Below, piece after piece: positions 37,156 to 64,000 of a DNA stretch of 64,000 bases. Position 1 is the stretch's first letter. Every line of letters begins with the position of its first letter. This DNA is from Phoronis australis (taxonomy: Eukaryota > Animalia > Phoronida): assembly GCA_002633005.1 (NCBI GenBank), contig NMRA01000025.1, positions 131,757 to 195,756 of the forward strand, given 5' to 3'. Below the pieces are notes generated by a model, which saw only the letters and a program-made list of their open reading frames with translations, was not told where the DNA came from and made no database searches. The translations under genes and the position numbers were made by a program.

Positions 37156-37317
37156 CAGTGGCGGATTTAGAGGGGGGCCAAGGGGGCCATGGCTCTCCCC
37201 TAAAATTCCCCCAGATTCCATTGGGCAGTTCTGGAGTGGGAATGTCTGACGGTCAAAATCCTGGCTAATACTCTGCCCTGGGCCCCCCCCTAACTCAAAA
37301 TTCTGGATCCGCCCCTG
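37156..37317. mobile_element. MITE, 162 bp, with 5-bp TSD
   Basis: TIRs CAGTGGCGGATTTAGA / TCTGGATCCGCCCCTG, flanked on both sides by CCTCA. Confidence 0.85.
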
Positions 37318-38505
37318 CCTCAGAATATATACAAACATATTACCCTATACCCACAAGCTGAATCGCCATGTCATCCTTTGGTAGTTCTTTGATTATTTTC
37401 TAGGACTGATCACAGGGGTAATAAACAGAACATGCAGTTTAATTTCTCTGTCTGTAGTCTTCCACCCGTCCCCTTGGTAACAAGCATAGCATACTTATTC
37501 AATAAAAACAGCTACTTAAAACATGAACGTATATACCACATATCAATATTCTGAGCGCTGAACTACAGAATTTTAAATATAGTTTTCTAAGCTTAGATAT
37601 TAAGTGTCAATAAACGGTACCGTGACAAAACCCAACTGTTGATTCAAGCGATGAGCTTTGGGCTGAATAATTAACAAGGTCTTCCCAAGCGCAGAAACCA
37701 CTTCTAAACTGAGTAAGGGACAAGATAATATCAACTTCATAATTATAAGTCGCTCCAATACAAAAAGCACCGATTTAATGTCGTTTTAACAACAGTTAGA
37801 CTAGACCCTTTGATTAAAGCAAATCGTACTCGACCTCAATGGGTCAGTTCAAATTTGGTGCAATGTATTGCTGTATTAGTGTAACACAGGTGTTTATTTC
37901 AGTGGTGTTACACCCAATCCAGTTGCTTTCTCGAGTGTTTCACTGACATAAAACTTGAAATGACTTGTATGTCGTTAGGGTATTGGTAACACCAGTGTAA
38001 TACGAAGTCCGGTGTAATGCTTAACCAGCAGACTAAATTAGGAGAGTTTTCTTTCTTTATTACTGCTGGCCTAAATAACTTTAGAATATTTGTTGCTTGT
38101 TGTCACATTTTTGTTTTCTCTGAATGATAAGTTTGTATTGAGGGAAGATAAGTCCAGGCTGCAGTTTTGAAAAACAATGGTGTTATAGTGACTGAAACCA
38201 CATTATCTCTGAAATTTCAATATTTGGCGCTACTGCCCACTAGCTTGTTAGTTTGGGTTTATACTCTAGTAAGGAAAAATGGCGAAAAATAGAACCTGAG
38301 CTGCTAAAATTGTTGCTGAAACCAGAAGTCCAAAAAGTATCATAATTGGTTCTGGTCTTAGATTGTTTTGACATTGATTTGGTGGTGCGGTAATCTTTTT
38401 GTCCACTTTTCAAAACAGACTCAATCCAAGAGGATCGAGCTAGGAGAGGTGAGTGCCTCAAAAGGCTCAGTATGACCAGAACAACCACGGGTTGCTTTGT
38501 TCACA

Positions 38506-38827
38506 CTGTGGCGGATTTAGGGGGTGGCGGCAAGAGGGCCACGGCCACCCTAAAATTCTACCAGATACCATTTGGGAGTTCGGGTGCGAATTGATGACTA
38601 GCACATGCGCGCAACCAGGGGGCTCGGGGGTGGATACTAAACAACGCATAGGCCCTGAACAAACCTTGTTTACCGTTTTTTTTTTAGTAATCAGATCCGC
38701 AAGCCCAAAAAATCGAGACCCCTGCATCCCCACACATTAGGCTGGGCACGCGCATCTGCCGCTTGGTTATCCTGCCGGTGCCCTTGCTGGCCTCCCCCCC
38801 ACTCAAAATCCTGCATCCGCCGCCCAG
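38506..38827. mobile_element. Second copy of the same MITE, interrupted by a nested MITE
   Basis: CTGTGGCGGATTTAG..CCCTAAAATTC and CCCCCCCACTCAAAATCCTGCATCCGCC match both ends of 37156-37317. Confidence 0.75.
38604..38756. mobile_element. Nested MITE, ~153 bp
   Basis: Imperfect TIRs CATGCGCGCAACCAG / CTGGGCACGCGCATC. A similar right end, GGCTGGGTGCGCGCATG, occurs at 4848-4864. Confidence 0.6.
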
Positions 38828-39287
38828 TGAGAGCTGGTTCACTCCCTAACTATAGGTGAGTAAAGTGGTACATCTACCGTACGTGACAAAACTGCCTTTC
38901 ATGTCGATCGATCAACACTTTTAATTCAAGAAAGTTTTCTGAACACTTTTTGATGACCGATAAATAACATCTGTGTGTCTCCCGTCCTGAAATATCATCA
39001 TTCACTTAAATCACGATCAAAGGAACATATACACTAAATAATAAAAAGTCTAACTGTCGCCTTGTGTTTTTCCAGCAAGACAGCGTCCTAAGAGTAGTTG
39101 CATACTTTTTGATATATTTTAACCAAAAAATTGTTTTTATTTAGTGGAATTAATTTTGATAGGCCTAAGTGTTTTTCCTCGAAGTCACTGATGCTGGAGC
39201 AAGAGACCCGCGGATTTCCAATCACTCCCACTCACTCACGAGCGCCATGGTTTGAGAAAATGAGGAACCATTTATTGATCGAGGAGC

Positions 39288-39323
39288 GTGACGTCACTGT
39301 GTGGGTCACATGACACGGGCAAG

Positions 39324-39329
<6 letters not shown>
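39288..39329 (+). promoter_or_regulatory. Promoter-proximal CRE palindrome, M-box/CLEAR-like element and YY1-like motif of the V-ATPase B gene
   Basis: GTGACGTCAC 39288-97, GTCACATGAC 39305-14, and AAGATGGCG overlapping the ATG. Confidence 0.65.
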
Positions 39330-54133
<14,804 letters not shown>

Positions 54134-55752
54134 ACAGCACGAGACAGGACTGTGTATTGTAGGAAGAGAGGACTGTTCACTTTGTTCTATCGATATCAAG
54201 GTTCTACTGTTGTCTCTGAGATGGAACTAATTTCTCTTTAATACCTTCACTTGAATTCGAAACATCTTTTGACTTCTAACTTTTTCGTCTTCTGAAGAAC
54301 CAGTGTGAATGTTGGGCAAAACTGTATTTGGAGAAAACAATAGTCACCTGAAGGTGCCATCTACTGCTCATACAGTTCTAGGGGTTGGATGCTTGTGTCG
54401 TATGTTGAAAAATGAAGTTATATATGTATACAGAAATGATAAACAGATTAAAACGTCAAGAGCGTGATTGATGATTTTGTATTTATTTCACTTATGGTGT
54501 TGGAACAGGACATTGCTGTTTAATGTTGCCCCAGCAAATGAGTGGCGGTGTCATTACATAGCATCTAGTTCTAGTTGTGATGAGCTGAGGAGCTTATCTC
54601 TTACTTCCTAGCGTAGGATTGTATTGTTAAAATTGTCTATGTACAGTTGCAATCGAACACGGCTCATTGCTGCTAATTACATGAGAACGTATTGTAGAGA
54701 TAAAAATACACATGGATCCAGGCTGTTAAAAAAGGGAGCTAGTGATGCGGGCACACCTTAGCCCCAAACACTCCTTGGACTAGTTTTGGACAAAGATCCT
54801 GTATAACATAGTGTTTAATATTAGGAGTCGTAACAATACATTCCTGGAGTCGATAATTTCATTACTTGAGCCCCAGTCAGTATAACCCCAGCTCTGTGGC
54901 TATATACAGCGCAGAATTCTGAATTCTCTGGTGTGTACTGCACTTATGAAGTAGCTCGCTGTAGACTGTATTAATAGGGTGACACTGTTTCCTGTGCTGT
55001 TCTTAGTGGCATGAATGGTACAGCTGAATGGATTATTCTATTCAACCTCTTTGATTTGCTCAGGAAAATGAAAAATCAACATCACTGTAAAGATGAGCCC
55101 ATAGGTGCTAAATAAAATTTAGTTTATGTGATTAGATGTTAACAGGGTTTGTGGTACGTGCAGACTGAAAACTCATTGAATCATGTGGTACTGATTACTG
55201 GTCAGTTGTCCCTTTCGGTTTCCTTATTTGTGTTTGCTAGTGTAATTAGAAAACAAAGTCTAATATATGTTCAATACCTTATGTTTTGTATTACTTTCTT
55301 CATAATTATTGCATTTAGATTATCTGTGGTGCTGTTGCATGATTTTTCAGATTTTTAAGACATGAGCCATTAACAAAATAATTTTATTATTGAAAAAATG
55401 CTTTTCACAACAAATATTCGGTTTTAAAGTGGTTACAAACCCAAGTTCTGCCTGAGAAGCCAACTCCCGCGACTTGATGAGGAGTCAGTTATGGGCTTGC
55501 AAAGAAGTGACATTTCGTTGTTTCTGGCGACCATAAAATAACATGCTGTGACAAGCCAACTTTTAGAACTTGATCTCTACTAGTAACGAACTGTCAGTTC
55601 TTTCCAAGCATGGCCCGAATGGGAACACATTGGGTCTTCTCTCAGTTGGGACCTTTTTGGAGGAAATCTAATGCTCTGTGCCCGCAGTTTCAGATGAAAA
55701 TAGATTGCAGGGAAACGAACTTCTGACGAATGGTTTTCGAAAGAATGGACAT

Positions 55753-58723
55753 TCAGTTGGGCCAAACCTGTTTAGGACCATCCCACTCACTCACTCCCCA
55801 CACAAACCCCTGTTGGCGCTCCTTGCGCGTGCCCAAACAATGTGACACGTACCGCACACCATCTATCACGCGGTCACGATTTCTGTGTTGGTGTCCGTAC
55901 ACATGAATTGTTGATCCAATTTGTCTGATTTGTCTGTCCAAAATCTTACAGCCCGCGTAGCGAGTGAAGTTAAACACAACAGGAGCGAACTGCGCTGCAG
56001 GGGCGATTAATGGACCATGCAGTCTCATGCGTGTGCGCTCTTCTGTTGCCAGTCTTTGTTCCTCAATATTAGAGGGAATAAGGTCTTGTCTTGGAACAAA
56101 ATGGCTGAACGAGATGACAGGAGCATCATAAGTTTGATATATTGCATTCTGATTTTGAACAGCGAAGTATTGTGATTTAGAGATTCCATGTAACTGAGGC
56201 CATTTGCAGAGTTGGTTATCCATCCACATCATCTGATTGTCTTCTCCATTCGCGTGTTTACTTCCGGGATGAAACAATGAATCCTCTCGATCTTCTTCCG
56301 GAGTAGCGTACCAAGACATCAGAGGAACGACCCAGACGTGTTCCGTGGCGGTGAGCTGGACCTTTTCAGGCCTGGTTCCGACATTGATTGAGTCACAGAC
56401 CTGGAGAATGTGATGGAACTTATCGATGGATGTCACGTGGTAATCTCGTTGTTTTATCCAAAGGTCGTGGTTTCCTGAAATTTAGTTAATTAAAGTGTAA
56501 TTCGAAACTAAATGATCAGGCATTTGCATGAACGTGCTGTATTCAAAGTGTGCTGCAGTCAGGACTCACAATGCCAGATGGTGATGATGGGCGAATTCAG
56601 GAAAGAAGGTCTAATAACGGACATGATGCTTATGTAGCAACAGTGGGCTAGTTGGGATTACAAACACCCTGATCGCCGTCTGGATTTGCGCCTGGACCAT
56701 CTCCTGAGTTGAGCATGTGGAATTTCGGCAGCGGGGCCTGGCAACCCGTTCGAATTGTGAGGAACTTAAAACTAGTGACTCAGTTCGACTGTTTGAGTTG
56801 TAAAATCGTCGAAAGACCAAGCGACCCGGTGAAGTTCTGGTGAACAGAGTGTGCCCAAACCGTATCAAATTGCTTCTGTAGCCTATCACCTGACACGGTA
56901 ATTTTTTCTACAAAGCAACAAAAACGACGTTGTGAAATGGCCAAATGTCATTTTCCCACTTTCTCTCATGATAACAAAACATCAGTGTAAAACGCCTGCG
57001 TGGTTTGCTTTCTTGCGTCGAATCCATTCGTAAGAGTCTGTGCCGGCATCAAAGTAAAGCAAATTGACATAGTGAGACTTCAGCAATTTTAATTGACCTA
57101 AAAGGTTCAAGTACTCCGGCCCAATCCGATGAAGCCACCCGGGTAAACAATCCGTGTGGTTGAGGAAAGGTCACTCAATTTTGCAATTCCCGGCTGCAAC
57201 CCTACGCTACCCAGTGGGCCATGGGCACTTTTTCACCAAAACACCCAAGGCTCACAATAAAAAATCCAACGGTATGCCGGGCCCTGCGTCGACGATTGGC
57301 CGCCAATCAATCGTTGACGCATGGCATCGGGCGAAAAATATTGGCAGACTTCCAGCGACTACCGGTCTATTGAAATCCACTGCCACCGGGGCATTCCGGC
57401 TCTGGTATGCAAAATGGCCAGCGTTCATAATTTCATAATGCATTACTGATATGTTGACGTCACCTTTTGATCCGACGGCACAAGCCAGCAGGTCAATTAC
57501 CCCCAACCCTGCCGGGTCACTGCACACTCGCTCCACTCAGTTTATCAATTGTGCCATTCATGATAGTGTAGGCTTATTTCCTTTTCCTGGAAATCAGTGC
57601 ACACAAAACAAATATTTATGATCGACGTATGCGCACTACTCAGAGAATCCATCCCTAGAAACCTACGTAGTAAAGTGCGATAGCGGACGAGGAGTTTGTG
57701 ATAACGCCGCATTACCTGGTACAAAAAACACTCTCCAGAATTTGTCCGTCAAGTGCGCCAGAGTCTGTTCCAGCAAGGATAGGTTGTCGGTGACGTCACC
57801 AGCCACCAGCAATACATCATCTGGAAACAAAATCACGTGTACAATCTTCAGTCACAGCAATAATAAAAAACGTGTATGTGTTCGTGTTGGAGTTGGTTAG
57901 AATGCTGCCAAGCAATTTATTGTGTTTTTATCGTAAAGTAATTATGCCGGGTATCCAGCGTTTACAGTCTATGGCCACTTTGGACTTGTAAGAGATGATT
58001 TTGATATTGACATAAACTCCGGCCTCTGAGATTTAAACATACCTAAGGACCGAAAAATTCATCAAAAGGATACCAAACTCGGTTTTGGCCAATTAGCAGA
58101 TACTAAAAACGACTCTCCCATTCTCTGAAACAAAACAATGCTCTGTAACGCCCGACAACCCTAAAAAATTAGAGGAAAATTGAAAGCTCCTTTCGAAGTC
58201 TACCAAACGGCTAAACGTGACCAACGCTTTTAGTGAATTACTCGGAAACTGTGGGAAACACCACCCACCAAGGACCATAATGTCCAATCTGTAACATAGG
58301 GAGTGCGAGTTTTTAATTGATTCCTGCATTTAACTTGGAAGATTGACGCCAATGACGTCCATTAGCAAATGACGAGGATTGGTGAAAATCATCAAATCAG
58401 GATTTAGTATATCTCTTAAAACAATTTGTTACTGCAAAAAATATCATAGGCTAGTTGTTGACGCTTTTGACTTTGTTCTATTACTGAAAATCAAAGTTAT
58501 TCCTAACACCAGACCATGAAGATATCAGCGTGGTAATCTTTTCCTTGTGACGAGAATTAGTCGCAGAAACATTCAGTAAATAAAAAACTACCAAAATTAT
58601 CCAAAAATGTAAAACGAGCTTACCTGCGTAAAAATCATCCGACCAGGCAGATACAAAATCCAAATTGTCCCTGTGATCCACGTGAAGGTCAGAAATAGCG
58701 TAGATTTTTCTCTCTATGTCCAT
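55753..58723 (-). CDS. Calcineurin-like metallophosphoesterase (PptH / acyl-carrier-protein phosphodiesterase-like), 3 exons, 308 aa
   Basis: Exons 58723-58624, 57820-57716 and 56474-55753 (927 nt, GT-AG, both introns phase 1). All five metal-binding motifs are present: ISDLH, AGDVTD, PGNHDLW, SFSHF, YGHQH. Confidence 0.9.
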
Positions 58724-59534
58724 ACCGGTCACTTTAGCGGCAGGTTGTTGTCTGAAGGAAGTTTTTCAAAACGTTTCCTCATGAATTGGCCAGTGACGTA
58801 CGTGACGATTCGATGAATACAGGGTGTACGAAAACAGCCAGACAGGCATATGAAAACAAAAAAATAAGAAATTTGTGTGTTTATCGAATTTCTGTCTCTT
58901 TTTAGTATGTCAATAATTCAATTTCATAAAGGTACTCTTGATTACATATTTGAAATAATTTGAATGTAAAAAATAACAGCAAATATGACCCACGCCAGCG
59001 AATCGGTAGAGGAAGTACAACTGCGTCAATTTTTGTGCACCCTTTTGGCTGCAAATAATTTCGTCGCACTTAGCGCAACTTTATCTGAACGTAAGCTGAC
59101 CTGTTGTTCTGTATTTAAATGGACGCTATCTAAGGTTTATGTTTTCCTTGTTTAGACGTGTAGGCCTTATTGATCGCTCCCTGGATCGAGTTTTTTAAAC
59201 TTGAAAAAAAACAGTCTTAAGTTCAGTGGTTTTTTATTCAACGAATATAAACTCAGCAACAAGTGGTTTTCAAAAATAACATTTTTACACTTTAAAAAGT
59301 GTAAAAATGTGGATTAACCTTTGACCTTAGTCCTGTTTTTATATTTGTCTTCCCCGAATGCAGTTGCTTGGTACGGTAAAGTCGCGCGATTTTCGGACGG
59401 CCCGCCTTTTTGGGGCAAGAATAAATATTTGCAAAATGAGTTTTTTATAGTCCACGAAATTCGTACAATGTCCAAAAACTGTTTTTCAATTATCCTTGAA
59501 TTTCGGACAATATCATAAACATCGGATTTCTGTA

Positions 59535-60387
59535 CAGCGACTTTCGAACAACGCTAATTTCGGATTGACGCAACTCTCGTGTCACTAAAGCGTTCAATGG
59601 ACGATTAACACTCTATAAGGCTTGAATCCGAGACTCGGTATAACGGGATCTGTAATTTTTACCTAGTCTTGACGATGTCACGGCCGTTACTCGATTGTCT
59701 TCCATTTAGCTTGTGTTTGGCGCTTTTCTATGAAAAGAATCACAGAGTCCCGCATGACGAATTTTTTTTTTATGAAAATAGAAATGGGAAGTACACCAAA
59801 GGCTGCAACTTTTCGTTTTAGCGTGACATGTGCTCGGGTTTAATTAGACCGTGCTGTTCGACTTCCGATTGTGACATTGAGCTTGCACGCCTGACATCAA
59901 CTTGCGTGTTTACGAAACTTTTTATTTTTGAAACGTCCTAGCCTTTTCAAATGCCCTTGTCAGTGGNCAGCGACTTTCGAACAACGCTAATTTCGGATTG
60001 ACGCAACTCTCGTGTCACTAAAGCGTTCAATGGACGATTCGGCTTGAATCCGAGACTCGGTATAACGGGATCTGTAATTTTTACCTAGTCTTGACGATGT
60101 CACGGCCGTTACTCGATTGTCTTCCATTTAGCTTGTGTTTGGCGCTTTTCTATGAATAGAATCACAGAGTCCCGCATGACGAATTTTTTTTTATGAAAAT
60201 AGAAATGGGAAGTACACCAAAGGCTGCAACTTTTCGTTTTAGCGTGACATGTGCTCGGGTTTAATTAGACCGTGCTGTTCGACTTCCGATTGTGACATTG
60301 AGCTTGCACGCCTGACATCAACTTGCGTGTTTACGAAACTTTTTATTTTTGAAACGTCCTAGCCTTTTCAAATGCCCTTGTCAGTGG
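59535..60387. repeat. Near-identical ~425-bp tandem duplication joined by a single N (probable assembly artefact)
   Basis: 59535-59966 vs 59968-60387, differing by a ~12-bp indel, one substitution and a poly-T length difference. Confidence 0.9.
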
Positions 60388-63300
60388 CTAAAATCTCCTG
60401 ACGACTTTGTCCGGATTTTATCCTTTACGCGATGAGAAATATTTTTTCCGGGCCCCCATACACAATACAGCCAAGTCTGCCCGTCGGATATCGCGCGTTC
60501 AAGGACACTGGGACCCTGTGGCACTCCCTGTCTGCGGCGACTAAGAAAATCCTCCACCAATTTCGAAAAATGACAAGTCAGTTGAATCAGATTTGGTAGT
60601 CGTTGCTTCTTGTGGTCATAGGAGTAGGCTGTTAACAAGAACACAGGACCTGCATTCCATGCAACTGGCCTGGAACCTTAGTGATAGGTGTTTCCGACCC
60701 GGAGTTCTGTACCTACTTTCCACAGGAACTTGTCTTCTTGTCCATGTCACCGCCTTCAGTTGATAGTTTTGAGACAAAAAACACGTCATCTTAAACTACA
60801 GACCAGATAGTTTTAGCAGCATTTCAGGTGTAATTGTGTTTGATTCGAAAGAGATGACTGTCACATTGCTAATTATTACTGTTCTATTTTTATCCGAAAT
60901 ACTATATCTGAACCAGTGAGACAACTGAAAACACGAAATACCAGTTTTAACATATACTCAGAATCGCATTATTATTTATACAGATGTTAAACAAAGCATT
61001 GCACAACGTCATTGGAAAAAATTCAAAACCTACAGATCAAATCAGGACTCAGGAAAGTCCAACGTTGAATAAATGACAGTAAAATCAAATACCGCTTGTA
61101 GTTCCAACAACTAAGCTTGTATAAAAAAACAATCTCCGTTTCTTCATAACTTTTTATACTAGTGGCGAGCAACTAATGAGACACAATTTGAACCAAAGTT
61201 TCAGGAACTGAATACATTGTAAAACTTTAACATTCATCACAGCTAGGTAATTGCAAACAAGGATAAAATTAACATGGATGCAGAATAAAGGTATCTGTAT
61301 TTCATTTATTTAATTAGAAGTATAGTGGTGTAGAACAGAACACGACAAATTGATGACTAGAATAGGAACGATGATGTACACACACTGTTAGATGCACATG
61401 TATTTTAGCACAGTCATTGGATGTTCAGTAGACCCAATTTTCAACTGAAAATGTCATTAATCTTTGGCCAAATGAATATTAGAATTAGTTTTGAATTTTC
61501 ACTTGCTTTCTTAAAGAAGCACATTCATTCACTGGGTGTTGCTGCAGTTATAAGAATATTTCCAATCACACGCAGTTAACAACGCCAATATTTCTTTTTA
61601 AAGTATAAATGCTTAAACATTATACAAAAAATAGTCTGCCTCAAAAATGAACGAAATTCTGTTCGCCTTCGTGAGGTGAATGCACTATTAAGCTGTCAAC
61701 TTCTGCTCAATTAGACTAAAGTTTGACTTAGGCTAGAAAGCAAGTACAATGTTATTTTTATTCATACTCCCTGTAAAACAATACAGTAAATGTCGGGTAA
61801 ACTGATGAATTGATTAAATGTCCTTAATGTTTACTGTAGAAAAACAAAGCAACTTAAGCAAAACAACAGATGGCTAAATGGGCTACACAGTGACTGCAAT
61901 CAGAATTTATCATTCGAAATCAGAGATCAGAGTGATGAGTAACAGCAGTGTTCAATCTGTTATAGTGTGTTAACTTATAGTGTTAGTAGAATGAGTGCAT
62001 ACACACCGTACACACATGTCAGAGTGACTGCACAGCAAGATAATTGTACAAGAAATACAATTGTGCAGTACACTTCAAGTGTTTGCGTCATGTAAACGGG
62101 AATAGATAGAATGTGTCAAGACCTCGCTTTCATTCTGCGACACTTTATTGAATCGAAATCACTTGTGCCCTGACATACAGAAATCATCTACCACTGTTTC
62201 TGCAACATATGTTAATGGTCATCCTGTCGCTTGCAAGCAATGCTTCTTCGAATGGGCAAACAAAGCAAGTTGATAGAAACAAATCTGAAATCTTTGCTGA
62301 GCTAACATAAAAGTAAATCCAAAGTGAACAGTTATTTAATTAAGAGACAACTTAGTAAACTAAGAGATAACAAGACTAATTTGAAAACCATGTCATTCCT
62401 GGCACCAACACAGGGTCTGACTGAGTGATTTTTGAGCGATGACAGGCAGACCAGTAGACCAAAACAAACCCAAACAAATCAACAATTATGACAAAATTAT
62501 AATATTGTGGTAAAAATGCACAAGTTTTATGAAAATGCAGAAGAATTTGACCTATATATGACTTTACGTCCGAACCGAGGAACTTATTTTTGCGCTTGAA
62601 TAATCTGAGTTGTTCACGTTTCATATAGAGTGGAGTATTCTTCTTTTTCTTCAATAACAAGATTTTTAATTGTCGCCTGTGAATTATTATTTTTGTTCTC
62701 ATAAAGTGTTTAGCAATTAGAATTTTGACCTTTCCATTCAGGGAATTTTATTAGTGAAATGAAATTTTTCCCATAGCCAAATTGTTTTCATTTATAGAAA
62801 GCTCTTCAGAAACTTCAGAGTTCTACTTTTTTCAGAGAAATGTAGCTTTTCAGATTTTAGGCGTGTTCCCTGCAACAGAATCTAAAATAAAAGAGTAGGA
62901 AACAACCACATGACCATCTGGGATAGCCACTTTTAAGACCAGGGCTTGATTTGCTGCTATAAGAATCAAACAAAAGTGCGATTTTATAGCTGATCAAGAC
63001 TTAGTGAGAGAGGATATATTTCTTTGGGAATTTCCCACCAGTTCCTGTCATCAAAGCGTGGACTTCATTTTCCGTCACTTTTTTGCCATCATCTGATCCT
63101 CTTCTCTGTGTGTGATAAGATCTCCTTAAGTGGTGTTATGTTTTTTCGGTTTCGGGGGAGGGGCAAGACGTGGATTAACCTTTGACCTCAGTCCTGATTT
63201 TGATGAGTCTCACGAGGAGTCTGAATGTAACCTAGGGATAAAAGCACTAATTTTTGATTTTCTGTTGAAAAATTGTCAATTTCACGGGTTTTCCTGCAAC

Positions 63301-64000
63301 GGTTATTTTATCCATAGTGATACACGGGTCTGGTGCATGCGCCAATAAAATAAACACTTGAGTAAAACGCATTCCGTATTTCGTATGAAGGTCCACGGGC
63401 CTAAGCACACTCGAGGATGCTACTGATAAGTGTTAGACAATCTTCATCCCTAGCTTGGTCCCATTTTTAAAAAAGACTTGTCTTTGGTTCAGTTAAAGTC
63501 CTCTTGCTTTCTTTGTGGAAGAACTTTTCGCGGCTGACTCAATTTCGACCTGATGGAACATTTCGACAATGTATTTACTGAGTGACATATCATAGGTATA
63601 TGGTACATCAGTGTGAAATGACGAAGAAAAACTGAAAGAAATTGCTGGTACTTTCACTGCTTTGCTAAACAAATAACAATGCAACCGCATGGCAGAATTT
63701 TTATTTTGCACAAAAATAGTTGCCAAAATTGTGATTTTTGATTTTCCAAAGGATGATTATCTTGATTCGAATTATGCAATCTTTACCAAATGTTGTATCA
63801 TGACACCTACAAAGTAAACACCAAGCTAATAGAATACCTAACATTTTGAATTCTATATTTTTGAGGACAAATTTGTCAAAATAAAATTTAACTTGTCTGC
63901 CATAGTGTTTGACACTAGGTGCAAAACCACCATGTGCACAGAGGGCGAAGATCAAAATTCACTTTTACAACAAGCATGCGAGTTGAAAGATCTGTGTTTA

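Noticed and set aside
59535-60387. Tandem ~425-bp duplication as a biological repeat or LTR pair
   Set aside because: The copies abut exactly at a single N and differ only by allele-like variants, which is typical of unmerged haplotype contig ends.

Overview
AT-rich, intron- and transposon-containing eukaryotic DNA from an animal, probably a marine invertebrate such as a lophotrochozoan (the taxon is inferred). Four protein-coding genes are supported. (1) A single-coding-exon class A GPCR with GPR161-like hallmarks and a ~500-aa polybasic disordered tail (9099-11588, +). (2) LSM1 (+), with exons 1, 3 and 4 visible, exon 2 probably hidden in an N gap, and a decayed LINE in intron 1. (3) A complete 14-exon V-ATPase V1 subunit B gene (39324-54133, +), with MITF/TFEB-type boxes at the promoter and a GC-AG last intron whose donor contains an in-frame stop. 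(4) A convergent 3-exon calcineurin-like metallophosphoesterase resembling the PptH family (58723-55753, -). The rest is non-autonomous DNA transposons (TTAA/Kolobok-like, MITEs with one nested inside another, Helentron-like), foldbacks, minisatellites, a tRNA-like Pol III head and a probable haplotype-duplication assembly artefact. No prokaryotic-type system (CRISPR, operon) is present, and I found no clearly new multi-gene system. The best leads are the PptH-like gene, the GPCR tail, the GC donor with its stop codon, and the hairpin just after the LSM1 UGA.
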